Assembly: GCA_963809485.1 (NCBI GenBank)
Contig: CAWEJX010000004.1
Span: 64,001-128,000 of the forward strand
Direction: 5' to 3'
Length of the DNA: 64,000 bases
Source of the DNA: an uncultured Acidobacteriota bacterium
Lineage (GTDB): Bacteria; Acidobacteriota; UBA6911
Shown here: in pieces, positions 40,344-50,918 of the stretch
Numbering within the stretch: position 1 is the stretch's first letter
Layout: each line of letters opens with the position of its first letter
The notes under the pieces: model-generated
Databases searched by the model: none
Told to the model about the DNA's origin: nothing
The model's input: only the letters and a program-made list of their open reading frames with translations
Position numbers and translations under genes: made by a program

Positions 40344-41849
40344 TTATGACAAATACTTGACGGCGTTCTCTCCTGCAATGCGGCCGGAGTTGAGGGCAAA
40401 GCCGACCAGGTGCCCGGTGAGGCGGTAGCAGTAAGCCTCCGATTCCCAGCACCCGGAGGTCGAGCCCGCTGCGTACAGCCCCGGGATTGGATTGTCCTCA
40501 GTATCGAGCGCCTGCATGCGCTCATCGATCTTGATCCCGCCATACGCGTCGCACAATGCCACGTGACTCTTGACAGCATAGTAGGGAGGAGTCCGCAGAG
40601 GCAGCAGATATCTGCGGTCTTTGGCAAATAAAGGATCGTGCCTGTCGTCGCAGGCGGCATTGTATTCTTCTATCGTAGCCTTCAGGACGGCCGGATCGGA
40701 TCCCATCCAGGCGGCAATTTCGCCCCAGGAGCCGGATATCTTCAAATCGCCCTTATCCGCCTGTTTGCGCATTTCCCTCTCCAGACCGGGCAACGGAGTC
40801 GCCGCTGAAACCGGCAGCCAGTTGGCGCGGGAGGCGGCTCCGGGCCTGATAAGCCCCTCCTTTTCGATGGTCCGCATCGTGTCCCTGTCGAAAAGCGTAT
40901 AGCAGATTCCGTCCGGTTGCAGGCAGACTGCGTTGCCGAAGGCGAAGAAAGCAAGGTTGTAGCCTTCGTCGATGAATCTTCTGCCTCTTTTGTTCACCCA
41001 AAGCATCTGCGGTTCCCAGGCAAGAAACCACAGCGAGATTTTTATGAGCGACCCGTCGGGTCCCTTTGCGTCCATCTTCAACATCTCAGAATCGGACTTG
41101 GGCTTGAGGAATGGCGCGTGCAGGTTCATCGCGCCCATGCCGGCCGTCGCGGCGCCTATTTCAGCGGCCATTATTATACCATCCCCGGTATTGCTGGGCG
41201 GCCCGTCGTAGGAGATCGTGTCATGGAAGTACGGGCAGTATTTCTTCAGCATCTCCTTGTTGTTGCCATATCCGCCGGTAGTCACGATGACGCTTCGCGC
41301 CTCTATTTTAAATTCGCCCTGTTTGGATTCCGCCATAACCCCGCTGATTTTGCCCTTTTCATCCCTCAATATCTTCTTCCCGGGAGTGCGTGTGAGTATT
41401 TGAACTCCCAGGGCCTGACAGTTTTCGCGCAGCGTTTTCATCAGCGCGTTGCCGTGCCCCTTCACCGAATGGCGCACCAGAGGCACCTGGTTGGGGAAAT
41501 ACTGTATGAGCTCGAAGCTCAATCCCTTGCTTTCCAGCCAGCCGATCGTGTCCCCGGACTTGTCGATAAACGCGCGCACAATCCTGGGATTGATTCTCGT
41601 CCAGTGCGCCCATTCCATGGCTATCTTGAAAAGCTCGTCCTTGCGGGCGTCCACGCCCTGCCGTTTCTGAACCGGGCTTTCCGCGCCGAAAATGTCGTGG
41701 GCCATGGCAGTACTGCCGGCCGCAGAGCCTGCTTTTTCAAGCACAATGATGCTCTTGCACCCGTTTTCCGCAGCAGCCAGGGCTGCCGCCAGGCCGGCGC
41801 CGCCTCCGCCGATCACAACCAGGTCTGCCTTTAGGTTTTCAGCCGTCAT
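40344..41849 (-). CDS. FAD-dependent oxidoreductase (fumarate reductase / flavocytochrome c flavin subunit-like)
   Basis: VIGGGGAGLAAA, EK...GST, TTGGYG.N, TGDG, GGIKID, IPGLYAAG, SGRIAG. Confidence 0.9.
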   Translation of the reverse strand: MTAENLKADLVVIGGGGAGLAAALAAAENGCKSIIVLEKAGSAAGSTAMAHDIFGAESPVQKRQGVDARKDELFKIAMEWAHWTRINPRIVRAFIDKSGDTIGWLESKGLSFELIQYFPNQVPLVRHSVKGHGNALMKTLRENCQALGVQILTRTPGKKILRDEKGKISGVMAESKQGEFKIEARSVIVTTGGYGNNKEMLKKYCPYFHDTISYDGPPSNTGDGIIMAAEIGAATAGMGAMNLHAPFLKPKSDSEMLKMDAKGPDGSLIKISLWFLAWEPQMLWVNKRGRRFIDEGYNLAFFAFGNAVCLQPDGICYTLFDRDTMRTIEKEGLIRPGAASRANWLPVSAATPLPGLEREMRKQADKGDLKISGSWGEIAAWMGSDPAVLKATIEEYNAACDDRHDPLFAKDRRYLLPLRTPPYYAVKSHVALCDAYGGIKIDERMQALDTEDNPIPGLYAAGSTSGCWESEAYCYRLTGHLVGFALNSGRIAGENAVKYLS

Positions 41850-42022
41850 AGCAACACGCCTCCCCTCTGATATGCAGTTCGAAAAATGATGCCACGAATT
41901 ATTTAGAATTATATGAATTCCGGAACGGGTATCACCAAAATTCGCGCAATTTTTCTCAATCCATAGTAATTTTGCTGTTGTTTGGCAGGATCGGACAACG
42001 GCATTCAAAGGAAAAAGCCCCC

Positions 42023-42511
42023 ATGGAACTAACCTACGAAAATATCTCCAAATGGTTTGACGGCTATTTCGAAGCTGTGCGCAAAAATCAGGCGGATCTC
42101 GAGACGGTGCCGAACCTCAGGAAATATTTCGCCCCCGAGCTGGAACTGGCGATGTACACAGCCCCGTCCGGCAAAGTATCGATGTCACGGGATGCGCTCC
42201 TGATGTCCTTCGTGCACCCCGGTCTGTTTGAGGAGATAACGCCTCAGCATTACGTTATCGATCTGAGACAGCTGATTGTTGCGGTTCAGTTTGAAATACG
42301 CTTCAGGGACGAGCCTTCGTCCACAAAATGGGCTCCGCTGCAGGCAAGCGCACATTACCATTTGGCTGTGGATTACAACAAAGAGCTCAAAATCCGGAAG
42401 ATCCAGTATTGGACGGAAACTCTGCCCGCGGATGTATTTGATTTCTGGTCCAGGCACAGGGATGAAGCGCTGACGAAACTGGCGATCAGGCATATGAACG
42501 CGAAAGCTTAA
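42023..42511 (+). CDS. Hypothetical NTF2/SnoaL-like protein
   Basis: Clean ORF with AAGGA upstream; SnoaL-like pattern (YF..., LKIRKIQYW). Confidence 0.65.
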   Translation: MELTYENISKWFDGYFEAVRKNQADLETVPNLRKYFAPELELAMYTAPSGKVSMSRDALLMSFVHPGLFEEITPQHYVIDLRQLIVAVQFEIRFRDEPSSTKWAPLQASAHYHLAVDYNKELKIRKIQYWTETLPADVFDFWSRHRDEALTKLAIRHMNAKA

Positions 42512-42590
42512 GCCGCATCTGATGCGGCGCCAAAATGCCGTTTATGGGAAAGGATACATGGATCGGAATCGCTGCCGGCGTCTCGAATGA

Positions 42591-42986
42591 TTCAGTTACC
42601 TCCGGCAAAGCCGGAGGCTTGAAAGATTGGAACCGCTCAAGGCGGTTGGACTAGTTACGCCGGTCTTGAACGCTGACTTACGCGGGCAAAAGCCGATGAG
42701 GCGCTTCCGATCCCCGCGGGGGCCAGCGCTCCGCGCTGGACAGTTTTCTGCGGCGGCACTGTGGCAAGCGCCGTGCGGCAAGGAGATGAAGGGTATGAGA
42801 AACCGGGCGCTTGCCACAGTGCCGCCGCAGAAAACTCCATCGGAAGCACCTCATCGGCTTTTGCTCGCCGACCCTCGCCGAACAAATCGTTTGTCAGCGC
42901 TTTTATCAGCGTTTCTCAGCGTTTCAAAATACAGAGCTGTCAAACTCCTTGAGTCCCCCGGCAGAGCCGGGGGGTTTACCAATGTA
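42591..42986 (-). mobile_element. IS200/IS605-type non-autonomous element, most complete copy (~396 bp)
   Basis: Both terminal hairpins intact, all nested inverted repeats, followed by ATTA. Confidence 0.88.
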
Positions 42987-43047
42987 ATTACGCCGGCGGC
43001 GATTCCGGTTTTCCCTGCACTGGTTTGTCTCTACGGCAGAGGAGCTT

Positions 43048-44727
43048 CTACCTCCACTTGTCGACCTCGACGCTCTGCAGATACATCAGTCCGCCGATGC
43101 TGTAGTAATTGTTGTTGGTTCCGCCGGTGACGATGATTTCCATCGCATTGGGCTGGAACCAGGGCTCCTGCCCTGCCGGCGCTTCCATCAGGTATTTCTT
43201 GAAATCATCAATCGTATTGTAACCGGCATTCTTGACAAAATTGGCGATCGGCGGGCTGAGGACCGCCGTGGCGCCGAAAAGGAACGGGGCCTGTGTGATA
43301 AAGATATCCTTGATGATCTTGGGGAAATTCATCTCTTTGCCCCAGACGTTGGCCCTCCAGTTTTTCGCCGATAGAACGCCCCATCCTTCAAACAGGCTCA
43401 CGATGTTCTGGTTCGGCTTGAAGCCCTTTCGAACTGAAAATGGCTGCCACGGGGAATCGCGCTCGTTCTCGGCAATGACGATGTTGATCAGGTTCATGGG
43501 ATTCCCCACGGTGCCCATGTAGGTCGTCCCCACTTTGCCGCAGTTGCCCAGGTTGATGGCGATCAGGCTCCACGCTCTTCCAATGGTGGTATTGGCATGG
43601 GCATACGGCCCCAGCGCGCCGATCTCATAGTTCAGCCCGATCTCGTCGCGGATCGCGCCGTTGATTACCAGGGCGCCCACAAAGCCGTTGTCGGACACCG
43701 AGATGGCTTCCTTTCCGGTGGACGCCACCGCAAGCAGCAGCGGCAGATATTCCGGTTTGCAGCCGGCCATGACTGCATTCACGGCAACGTCTTTGACCGT
43801 GAAGGTCCAGTACTCAAAATAGCCGCCGGTGTTGGTGGGCGACATCTTGCCGACAATTTCATCGGGATCGTGGCTGGTTCCCTTCAGCATGTCGGCGACC
43901 TTCTCCTCGGTCGGCAGAACCACCGGCAGGAAATCGGTCCACCGCTTTTCCAGAAACATCTTCTGAAGATTATCGGGAGTATCCGTAAATGTAGCCGGGC
44001 CTTTGTCCCGGACCAATTCGCCGGTCCTCTTTTCTTCAGCCGTCAACGGCTTGGTCAGATGCTCGACGATTTCCTGCATGACGTTCTTTTTGCTGATCGG
44101 ACTGATGCCGTTGACGACATCCCGGCGCAACTGTTCGCGGGTTTTTCCCCAAACCGGACCGCGAACCCACTCGATGCGCAGGCCGGGCATGCCTTTGAGA
44201 AGGGCGGCCTCTGTTTCCTGTTTGTAGAATTCGGAAAGGACCAGCGGAACGGCGGGAATACCCATGCTTGCTTCGAAATTGATGGAGTGGCCGACAACTG
44301 CCGGCGCACATTGGCTTCAATGGCCCATCCCGATGATTACGGCAGCGGCATTCTGCTTGATTTCGGCCCACAACTGCGGATCTTCAGCCTCAAAGCCCAT
44401 GCCGCCTTTTCTCTTGAACACAACCTTGGTCTTGGGCATGTTCTGTGTAAACCAGTCCACCATTTCGAGCAGAAGGTTGTCTCCTCCCACAAAGCCGTCG
44501 TCGACAATGTAGATTGTTTTGCCGTCGAGGGAGGCCGGACGCGGCGCCATTGATTTCAGTTTTACAGGGGGAGGATTCCCCAGCGGATTAAGCACCGTTA
44601 TCCTGGTCTCAGCGGAGGCTGCCGCCTTATTCCCCTGTGCCATAGCCTGATTGTCCAAAGCCGGGAAGCCGCAAAACAGGCCCAGGCAGAGCGCCGTAAT
44701 GACGGCCGTCGATATAAAGCCCTTCAT
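43048..44727 (-). CDS. UGSC-type selenoprotein (559 aa, Sec137 in U-S-Q-C), signal peptide
   Basis: ORFs 44317-44727 and 43048-44265 are in frame, separated only by TGA (44319-44317) and 17 sense codons: IIGMGH-U-SQCAPAVVGHSINFEASMGIP. Confidence 0.88.
44287..44309 (-). promoter_or_regulatory. Putative bacterial SECIS hairpin
   Basis: GTG-C-GCCGGC-[AGTT]-GTCGGC-CAC beginning 7 nt after the TGA. Confidence 0.72.
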
Positions 44728-45059
44728 TGATTCATTACTCCTTTGATTTGGATTGGGATGGAATGCTTCCCCGGACCGCCCGCCAGGAGTGAGTAAGAAA
44801 ACCGCATGCGGGCGCGAGGCTTACATGGTCAATTCCCAATATTCCGTTACATTTTAAATCGTCCATCCCAACCTGCAGCCAACCGGCAGCAGGTTTGTCT
44901 GCATCCAATATGCGACGCAGACCATAACTGGGTTACATTAAACCATCAGCCGATCATCCTTATGACGGAGATCGCCTTCACTGTAGGCAGACGCTCCAGC
45001 ATCTGTCAAGGGCAAGGCAAATGACAGATGCGGCGCCGGACTAATTGGGCAGCCTGAAA

Positions 45060-45294
45060 GTCAGGTACCTCCGGCAAAGCGGAGGCTTGAAAGATTTGAA
45101 CCGCTCAAAGCGGTTGGACTAGTTCCGCCGGTCTTGAGCGCTGACTTACGCGGGCAAAAGCCGATGAGGCGCTTCCGATCCCCGCCGAACAAATCGGCGT
45201 TTGTCAGCGCTTTTATCAGCGTTTCTCAGCGTTTCAAAATACGGAGCTGTCAAACTCTTTGAGTCCCCCGGCAGAGCCGGGGTTTACCAATGTA
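45060..45294 (-). mobile_element. IS200/IS605-type element, internal-deletion derivative
   Basis: GTCA ... AATGTA then ATTA; core deleted between ATCCCCGC and CGAACAAATC. Confidence 0.85.
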
Positions 45295-45390
45295 ATTATG
45301 CTGCCGGCGTCGGAATCCTGCCCGAATTGTCGTAATATGCCGCATAATAGCCGACTATTGATGTCGTCGAACACAAAGGAGGTTCGCATC

Positions 45391-46803
45391 ATGAATGCAA
45401 GTTCAGCGAGAAAGACAATCCTGGAGCCGGCAAGGGATATAGAAATCTGCCGGGAGGCCGACGTCGTTGTTGTGGGCGGCGGGCCGGGAGGTATCGGATC
45501 GGCTCTGGCCGCGGCGCGCAGCGGCGCAGACACGGTGCTGGTGGAGAGGTACGGCCACCTCGGAGGCATGGCTACCGGCGGCCTGGTCACCATCATTCCG
45601 AACTTGAGCACCATAGACGGGAAGCAGCAGATAGCCGGCCTGTGCCAGGAACTGATTGACAGGCTGGACGCCAAAGGAGCAACGCACTATCCGAAGAAAG
45701 AGGACTGGGGCACCACGGACGAAAAGCTGGTCAAGTATTACATCGATGCAAACCTGGCCTGGTTCTACATACGCGACGACCTGAATATCGGCCGCAAAAG
45801 AGTGCTCTACACCGCCCTTTTCGATCCCGAAATCATGAAATGCGAGTTGAACACCATGATGGAGGAAGCCGGCGTAAAGCTGTATCTTCACTCGTGGGGC
45901 ACGCGGCCCATAATGGAGGGGAATACGGTTAAGGGCGTCTTTATCGAAAACAAGTCGGGAAGACGGGCGATCCTGGCAAAAGTGGTCATAGATTCCACCG
46001 GGGACGGCGACCTGCTGCAGCCTGCCGGCGCCGAGTGCGATACCCGGATGATCCCCGGCCTGAGAATTGCGGCCTTCGCATTTCCCTTCTGGATCGGCAA
46101 CATTAATATGAAGAAGGTCGAGGAATTCCGGCAAACCCAGCCCGACAAATACGCCGAATTGATGCAGGATCTTCGCCGGCAGGGCGGCGCCGCATTTTAT
46201 ATGAAGGACCTGGTGAAATATCACGACGGCGTCGTCTGGTACCACCCTTTCTTCCCATCAATGAAACAAGCAGATAATGATGAGATCAATCGGGTAGAAA
46301 TCGAAGGCCGCAAGAAAATGCTTCTCTCGTATGAGTTCTACCGGAAAAACGTGCCCGGTTTTGAGAACAGCTACGTCGCCCTCAGTTCACCGCAGCTTGG
46401 CCTCCAGGGTGGACAGAGAGTGGTCGGGGAGTACGTCTGCACGGCGAAAGACATGACGTCCGACGAAGTATTTCCCGACACCATTGCCATTTTCCCTGAC
46501 AACGACAACGGCGAGATCTCGGCCAAACACCCCAGTGTCTATGTCCCTTACCGAGCCCTGGTGCCGAAGAAAATCGACGGCTTGCTTGTCGCCTGCCGGG
46601 CGTTTTCCTCGGAATGGCAATATAACGAATACTTCAACCTGATCCCGCACTGCATCGCGATGGGGCAGGCGGCGGGAACAGCCGCAGCCTTGGCAGCAAG
46701 CGCAGGCATTCAACCCAGGCAGATTGATTGCGGCGCGCTGCAGAAGCGCCTGTTGCGCCAGGGAGTGATACTGCCCGACGAGATAGCGGGAAAGCGCGCG
46801 TAA
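45391..46803 (+). CDS. FAD-dependent oxidoreductase (FAD_oxidored family)
   Basis: VVVGGGPGG..SA.AAAR.GA, ER.G.LGG.AT.G, IDSTGDGD, VPYR.LVP, MGQAAG.AAA. Confidence 0.9.
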   Translation: MNASSARKTILEPARDIEICREADVVVVGGGPGGIGSALAAARSGADTVLVERYGHLGGMATGGLVTIIPNLSTIDGKQQIAGLCQELIDRLDAKGATHYPKKEDWGTTDEKLVKYYIDANLAWFYIRDDLNIGRKRVLYTALFDPEIMKCELNTMMEEAGVKLYLHSWGTRPIMEGNTVKGVFIENKSGRRAILAKVVIDSTGDGDLLQPAGAECDTRMIPGLRIAAFAFPFWIGNINMKKVEEFRQTQPDKYAELMQDLRRQGGAAFYMKDLVKYHDGVVWYHPFFPSMKQADNDEINRVEIEGRKKMLLSYEFYRKNVPGFENSYVALSSPQLGLQGGQRVVGEYVCTAKDMTSDEVFPDTIAIFPDNDNGEISAKHPSVYVPYRALVPKKIDGLLVACRAFSSEWQYNEYFNLIPHCIAMGQAAGTAAALAASAGIQPRQIDCGALQKRLLRQGVILPDEIAGKRA

Positions 46804-47104
46804 TTCCGGGATCCTATCATCCGCGTATTTCTTTGTATTATTTAATCTTATGACGGATTCACTCCCGGCCATTTCCACGCAAAAGCAGCTATAGCTTTAA
46901 AATGTATTGGAAAATTTGTGCGCTCTGCGCCGAATGAGGACGATAATTATTATGTCCTCATTCGTTTTCTGTCTATTAAAATGGGGAGGGGATGCCTGCT
47001 CCCTCAGCATCCTGCATTCTTCATAGGAATGCGACAGCTCGGCATTTAGGCTGAGCGGAGCGCAACGGTTGTTTTATAGCGTTCCTACTTTATCGGGAGG
47101 CTCT

Positions 47105-47797
47105 ATGCGGCATTCTTGTGCATTTCTGTTCTTCATCCTGTTGCTCGGCTCATCGGCATTTGCCCAGGGCAGGGGGATCATTCAATGCGACCCGGGCTCC
47201 AAAATTCCGGTGCCGTCCTGGATCGCGCCTGGCAGACCTCATGTAATCGAGCAGCTGTCCTGCGGTCAAATGGTCAGTGTCGTCGGCATGGAGCGTGGAT
47301 ACGTGAAAATACAGATTGCCGACAAGCCCGCGTACATCGATGCCAAATACGTCCGCATCCTGGATGCCTCGGAACGAATACCGGTGGATGCCGGTGCCGG
47401 CAATAATGTCGCAGCCAAAAAGCCGGTCCCCATAGAGGACGAGGAACAGAACAAATGGAAGGTGCTCACCAAAGAGAACGTGGAAATCCGCGACGAGAAG
47501 CTCCTGAACCCGACGCATAAAAATGGGCCGAGAACCTTTTCAGCTACTATCCGCAATAAAAGCTCCTTTCCCGTCTCCCATCTCCAGCTGTTGGGAAGGC
47601 TGTACGACTGCGCCGGAACACCGGAAAAGGACAATTCCAATTGCGAGATCATCGGCGAAGTGAAGCCTGTAGTTCCTATATCTGTTCCACCCGGCCAGAC
47701 GCGGCGTTTGGCGGCCTCAATGATGTTTGAGTCCACTCCCCGCGCTAAAGGCACTTTTGCCTGGAGCTACAAAATTCTGGGTGTCCGCGTGGAATAA
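47105..47797 (+). CDS. Secreted hypothetical protein (SH3-like N-domain, Ig-like C-domain)
   Basis: Signal peptide ending AFA; GYVKIQ..AYID.KYV; VPPGQTR. Confidence 0.7.
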   Translation: MRHSCAFLFFILLLGSSAFAQGRGIIQCDPGSKIPVPSWIAPGRPHVIEQLSCGQMVSVVGMERGYVKIQIADKPAYIDAKYVRILDASERIPVDAGAGNNVAAKKPVPIEDEEQNKWKVLTKENVEIRDEKLLNPTHKNGPRTFSATIRNKSSFPVSHLQLLGRLYDCAGTPEKDNSNCEIIGEVKPVVPISVPPGQTRRLAASMMFESTPRAKGTFAWSYKILGVRVE

Positions 47798-47956
47798 ATT
47801 CGACCTCGCAAACCAACGGATACGATTTTTGCCGGCATCCTTCCGCGCTTGTCGGTATAAGCCGGCGTGTCATCAAAGTCTGCCGGCGCTGCACAGGCGT
47901 GTGAATTGCCGGCATCTCCGCTGACTCTGGTTTAAGGGCAATTTGCCGAAATCACT

Positions 47957-48898
47957 TCAATAGGCAACCTTCTGCTCAGCGAGCTCGCCGGCTGTAAATG
48001 GAACAGTCGCAAGAACTTCATCAGCAAAACCATCCTGAATGACAAAGAGGGCTGCGCCCAGCACCTGAGCCACCAGATCCGGATCGTCTATCTGAATGCC
48101 CTGCAAGGCTGCCATCCCCTGCAGGTAATAGACGAGGTTATTAAAAACCTCCTCCGGGTTGGTTCCTGTAAACAGATTGCCGTAAGAAATCATGCCCGCT
48201 CGGAACATGAACTCGCTGCCGGTGATGATGCTGGCAGCTTCAGGCTGGTTGAGCCGAATCTTGTTCCGATTGGAAAATGCCACCAGGTTACCGGCGTACG
48301 CCTTTGTCAGGAGTGCGGGAAAATCCTTGTTGCATCCGGCCGCAGAATCCGACAGCAGTTTCCCGGATGCCGGATCGAGATACGCATAGACAAAAAAGTC
48401 CCCGGCGAATTCAATGACTTCGTGGGACAGCTCCGCGCGCAGAGCGGCGTACTGCTCGCCATCCAGGCCCAGCTGCTGCCAGGCGTCCCCGAGCATCGCG
48501 TTCAGAATTGCCGCTTTCTGAATTACATATCCGCTCCCGGGATCGAGCGTAATCGATCCGGAATGCGCCGTGTAATCTTCCTCGTTGTGGGCTACAAAAC
48601 CGAATGCCACGGCCTGCTCCAGCTGGTGAGCGGGGCCGCCTCGCGCCATTTTCCAGACTCTGACGTAATCGACGTGAGTGCGGTCCATCAGGTACATTTG
48701 ATAATGCGACCCGAACATGTAGTTGGCAAAATCCGGAGCGGTGCTGCCGTAGATCGCGTTTTGGCGGCTCGATTCGCTCCCGCTCGCAATTTGGTTGGTG
48801 ATAAAGGCATGTGTCAGCGATCCCCAGGCAAAGGCTCCCTGGGAACCCGGCAGAAAAGCCAAAACAAAAGCAAGTGCGATTGTTGATTTCCGGCTCAT
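47957..48898 (-). CDS. Secreted zinc-dependent phospholipase C-like protein
   Basis: Signal peptide then WGSLTH; GSTAPD, TH, GFVAHNEED..AH, H..IE. Confidence 0.7.
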   Translation of the reverse strand: MSRKSTIALAFVLAFLPGSQGAFAWGSLTHAFITNQIASGSESSRQNAIYGSTAPDFANYMFGSHYQMYLMDRTHVDYVRVWKMARGGPAHQLEQAVAFGFVAHNEEDYTAHSGSITLDPGSGYVIQKAAILNAMLGDAWQQLGLDGEQYAALRAELSHEVIEFAGDFFVYAYLDPASGKLLSDSAAGCNKDFPALLTKAYAGNLVAFSNRNKIRLNQPEAASIITGSEFMFRAGMISYGNLFTGTNPEEVFNNLVYYLQGMAALQGIQIDDPDLVAQVLGAALFVIQDGFADEVLATVPFTAGELAEQKVAY

Positions 48899-49387
48899 AC
48901 GTACCTCCACAAAATTGTGATTGCGGACGCTATAGGTTGGATTCCCGCTATTGGCTGCGATCAATAATGGATGAGAGGTCGCAAAAAATAATACTATACA
49001 TTTTCATCACGTGCACGACAAAAGGGCTTTAGCTCAGGAGGTGTTTGGCGCCTTTGCGGCTCGGCCAGCATCGGTATGTTCAAATGTTTCAAGGCCTTAC
49101 ATGGTTCTCCATGCATTTCGCCCGGAGTGTCTGTAGGCCCATCAGAAGGACAATAGACTATCCGCAGGCCGTTTCTGTGGTAGGATCATTTGTTACCTTA
49201 AAATACCGATCGACGCGCTGTCGACTGCGTGTCGAAGACAAGAAACTGAAACCAAAAGAATGCCTGCTCAGCCTTCGTCATCTGCAGTGAAATCCACAGG
49301 CCGCTCCCCGGGTCAGCATTCCCTTTTTCCGGCGTCAGGCATCACAAACGAGGAATTCAGCCTCAAACAACGACAGGAGCAATAAGC

Positions 49388-49969
49388 ATGCAGCCCGATT
49401 GGGTCAAGCAACTCTCCCACATGAAACTGGCCCCGTATATATGCAAGGCCAGGGCTCTCATCGGCGTTCCGAGAATCGGGGGCGAAAACATGTTCAGGCA
49501 CCAGATGATGACCCTTACGATTTTGCTGGATTACCTGGTGATCGATTCCGTCCTGCTCAAGGCCGCCACTATTCACGATGTCGCCGAAGATGCTCTCGGG
49601 ATGCCCGGGTTGAGCCGCAACGAGATGCTGGAGATCGACGACGAAGGCGGGCAGGTGTATGACCTGATGATCGAAGTCACCCGGCGCGTCGACGAGAATG
49701 GGAAAAAGGAACCAAAATCCCGGTACCTGCGGCGCATCATGGAATCGGGCAGCAATCGCGCCAAGGTCCTGAAGCTTGCCGACAGAATCAGCAATCTGGC
49801 TTCTCTGGGATGGGTTCACGACCGGCATTTTGTGGACAGAATAGTCGCTGAGACACGGGAATTTATTCTCCCGTACGCGCATGACATCAACGCCGATATG
49901 GAACGCGAGTTGCGGGATCTCATTGCTTCGAGAGAACGCAGACCTCATTCTGTCGATGCCGCAAGGTGA
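49388..49969 (+). CDS. HD-domain phosphohydrolase (RelA/SpoT hydrolase / Mesh1-like)
   Basis: AATIHDVAED and LKLADRISN. Confidence 0.75.
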   Translation: MQPDWVKQLSHMKLAPYICKARALIGVPRIGGENMFRHQMMTLTILLDYLVIDSVLLKAATIHDVAEDALGMPGLSRNEMLEIDDEGGQVYDLMIEVTRRVDENGKKEPKSRYLRRIMESGSNRAKVLKLADRISNLASLGWVHDRHFVDRIVAETREFILPYAHDINADMERELRDLIASRERRPHSVDAAR

Positions 49970-50162
49970 TCGGACCACCGATACGTCCGCAGCATGGGTC
50001 CGGCCTCCATACTCCCAGTGAGAATCGAAGGATTCCTGTGAGCGTTGCATTCCTTCTGCCGATATACGCTGCCCTGTTGCGAAATCCTGCAAGCAATGCC
50101 GGCCGCTGTGGTCTAAAATAGTCCGATAAGACAACCGGGCAACCTATGGGGGATGATGCCAA

Positions 50163-50600
50163 ATGACCGAATCAAAGTATGGAAAGTATGTGGTAACCGA
50201 TCTGATAATTCCCGAAGAAAAAAAGAAAATCGCCGCCGATTATGCCAAATACGCCACGCGCATTCTCTGGATGGATGAAGACGTCGTCAAAGGCGCTTTT
50301 CACATGAACACGGCGTGGTACCTGAAAGCCGCCGCTACGCTTGAAAATACGCCCCACGTCCACGATACGGACGAAATTATAGGGTTTTTCGGGAACGATG
50401 CCGCAAATCCGCACGACCTGGGAGGAGAAATAGAAATCTGGCTCGAGGATGAAAAGCAGGTCATCACCAAAAGCGCGCTGCTTTTTGTCCCGGCCGGGAT
50501 GAAACACTGCCCCCTTGTGCTCAAGCGGGTCGACAGGCCCATATTTCATTTCACTATCGTGCCCGGCGGCCGCTACATCAAGGACGAAAATCCAAAATAG
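50163..50600 (+). CDS. Cupin-like hypothetical protein
   Basis: PHVHDTDEIIGF.G, DLGGEIE.W, VPAG.KHCP. Confidence 0.8.
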   Translation: MTESKYGKYVVTDLIIPEEKKKIAADYAKYATRILWMDEDVVKGAFHMNTAWYLKAAATLENTPHVHDTDEIIGFFGNDAANPHDLGGEIEIWLEDEKQVITKSALLFVPAGMKHCPLVLKRVDRPIFHFTIVPGGRYIKDENPK

Positions 50601-50658
50601 CCATGCACGGGCAGGGGATTCCCGCGGCCGACAAAAGAGTTTCGTGCACAATAGGTTT

Positions 50659-50744
50659 TTAAAGCTTTTTGAACCGCAGAATGTTGAATATGGAATGATG
50701 CATTTCGAAGTTCTGCGATTCGAAATTCGACATTCGATATTCAG
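50659..50744. repeat. GAACCGCAGAA...TTCGATATTC heptamer-rich repeat
   Basis: Matches 9420-9525. Confidence 0.65.
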
Positions 50745-50918
50745 CGAAATTTCTTTTATCCGGCCAGGAACAGAAAACATGCAACGAGGAGCGCCGCAAA
50801 CATGCAGAAAAAGCTTTCCCTCATGTTTTCCTTCCTGTGCCGGGTAAACCCGGCCAAGGCCTCCAGCTTTTGGTGCAAGCTTTTGCCTTCTTCCATAGCC
50901 GGGCGTTCCCAAATGCCT

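Noticed and set aside
42591-42986. TnpB/IscB omega-RNA system or autonomous IS
   Set aside because: No tnpA, tnpB or iscB coding sequence is visible in or near any copy.
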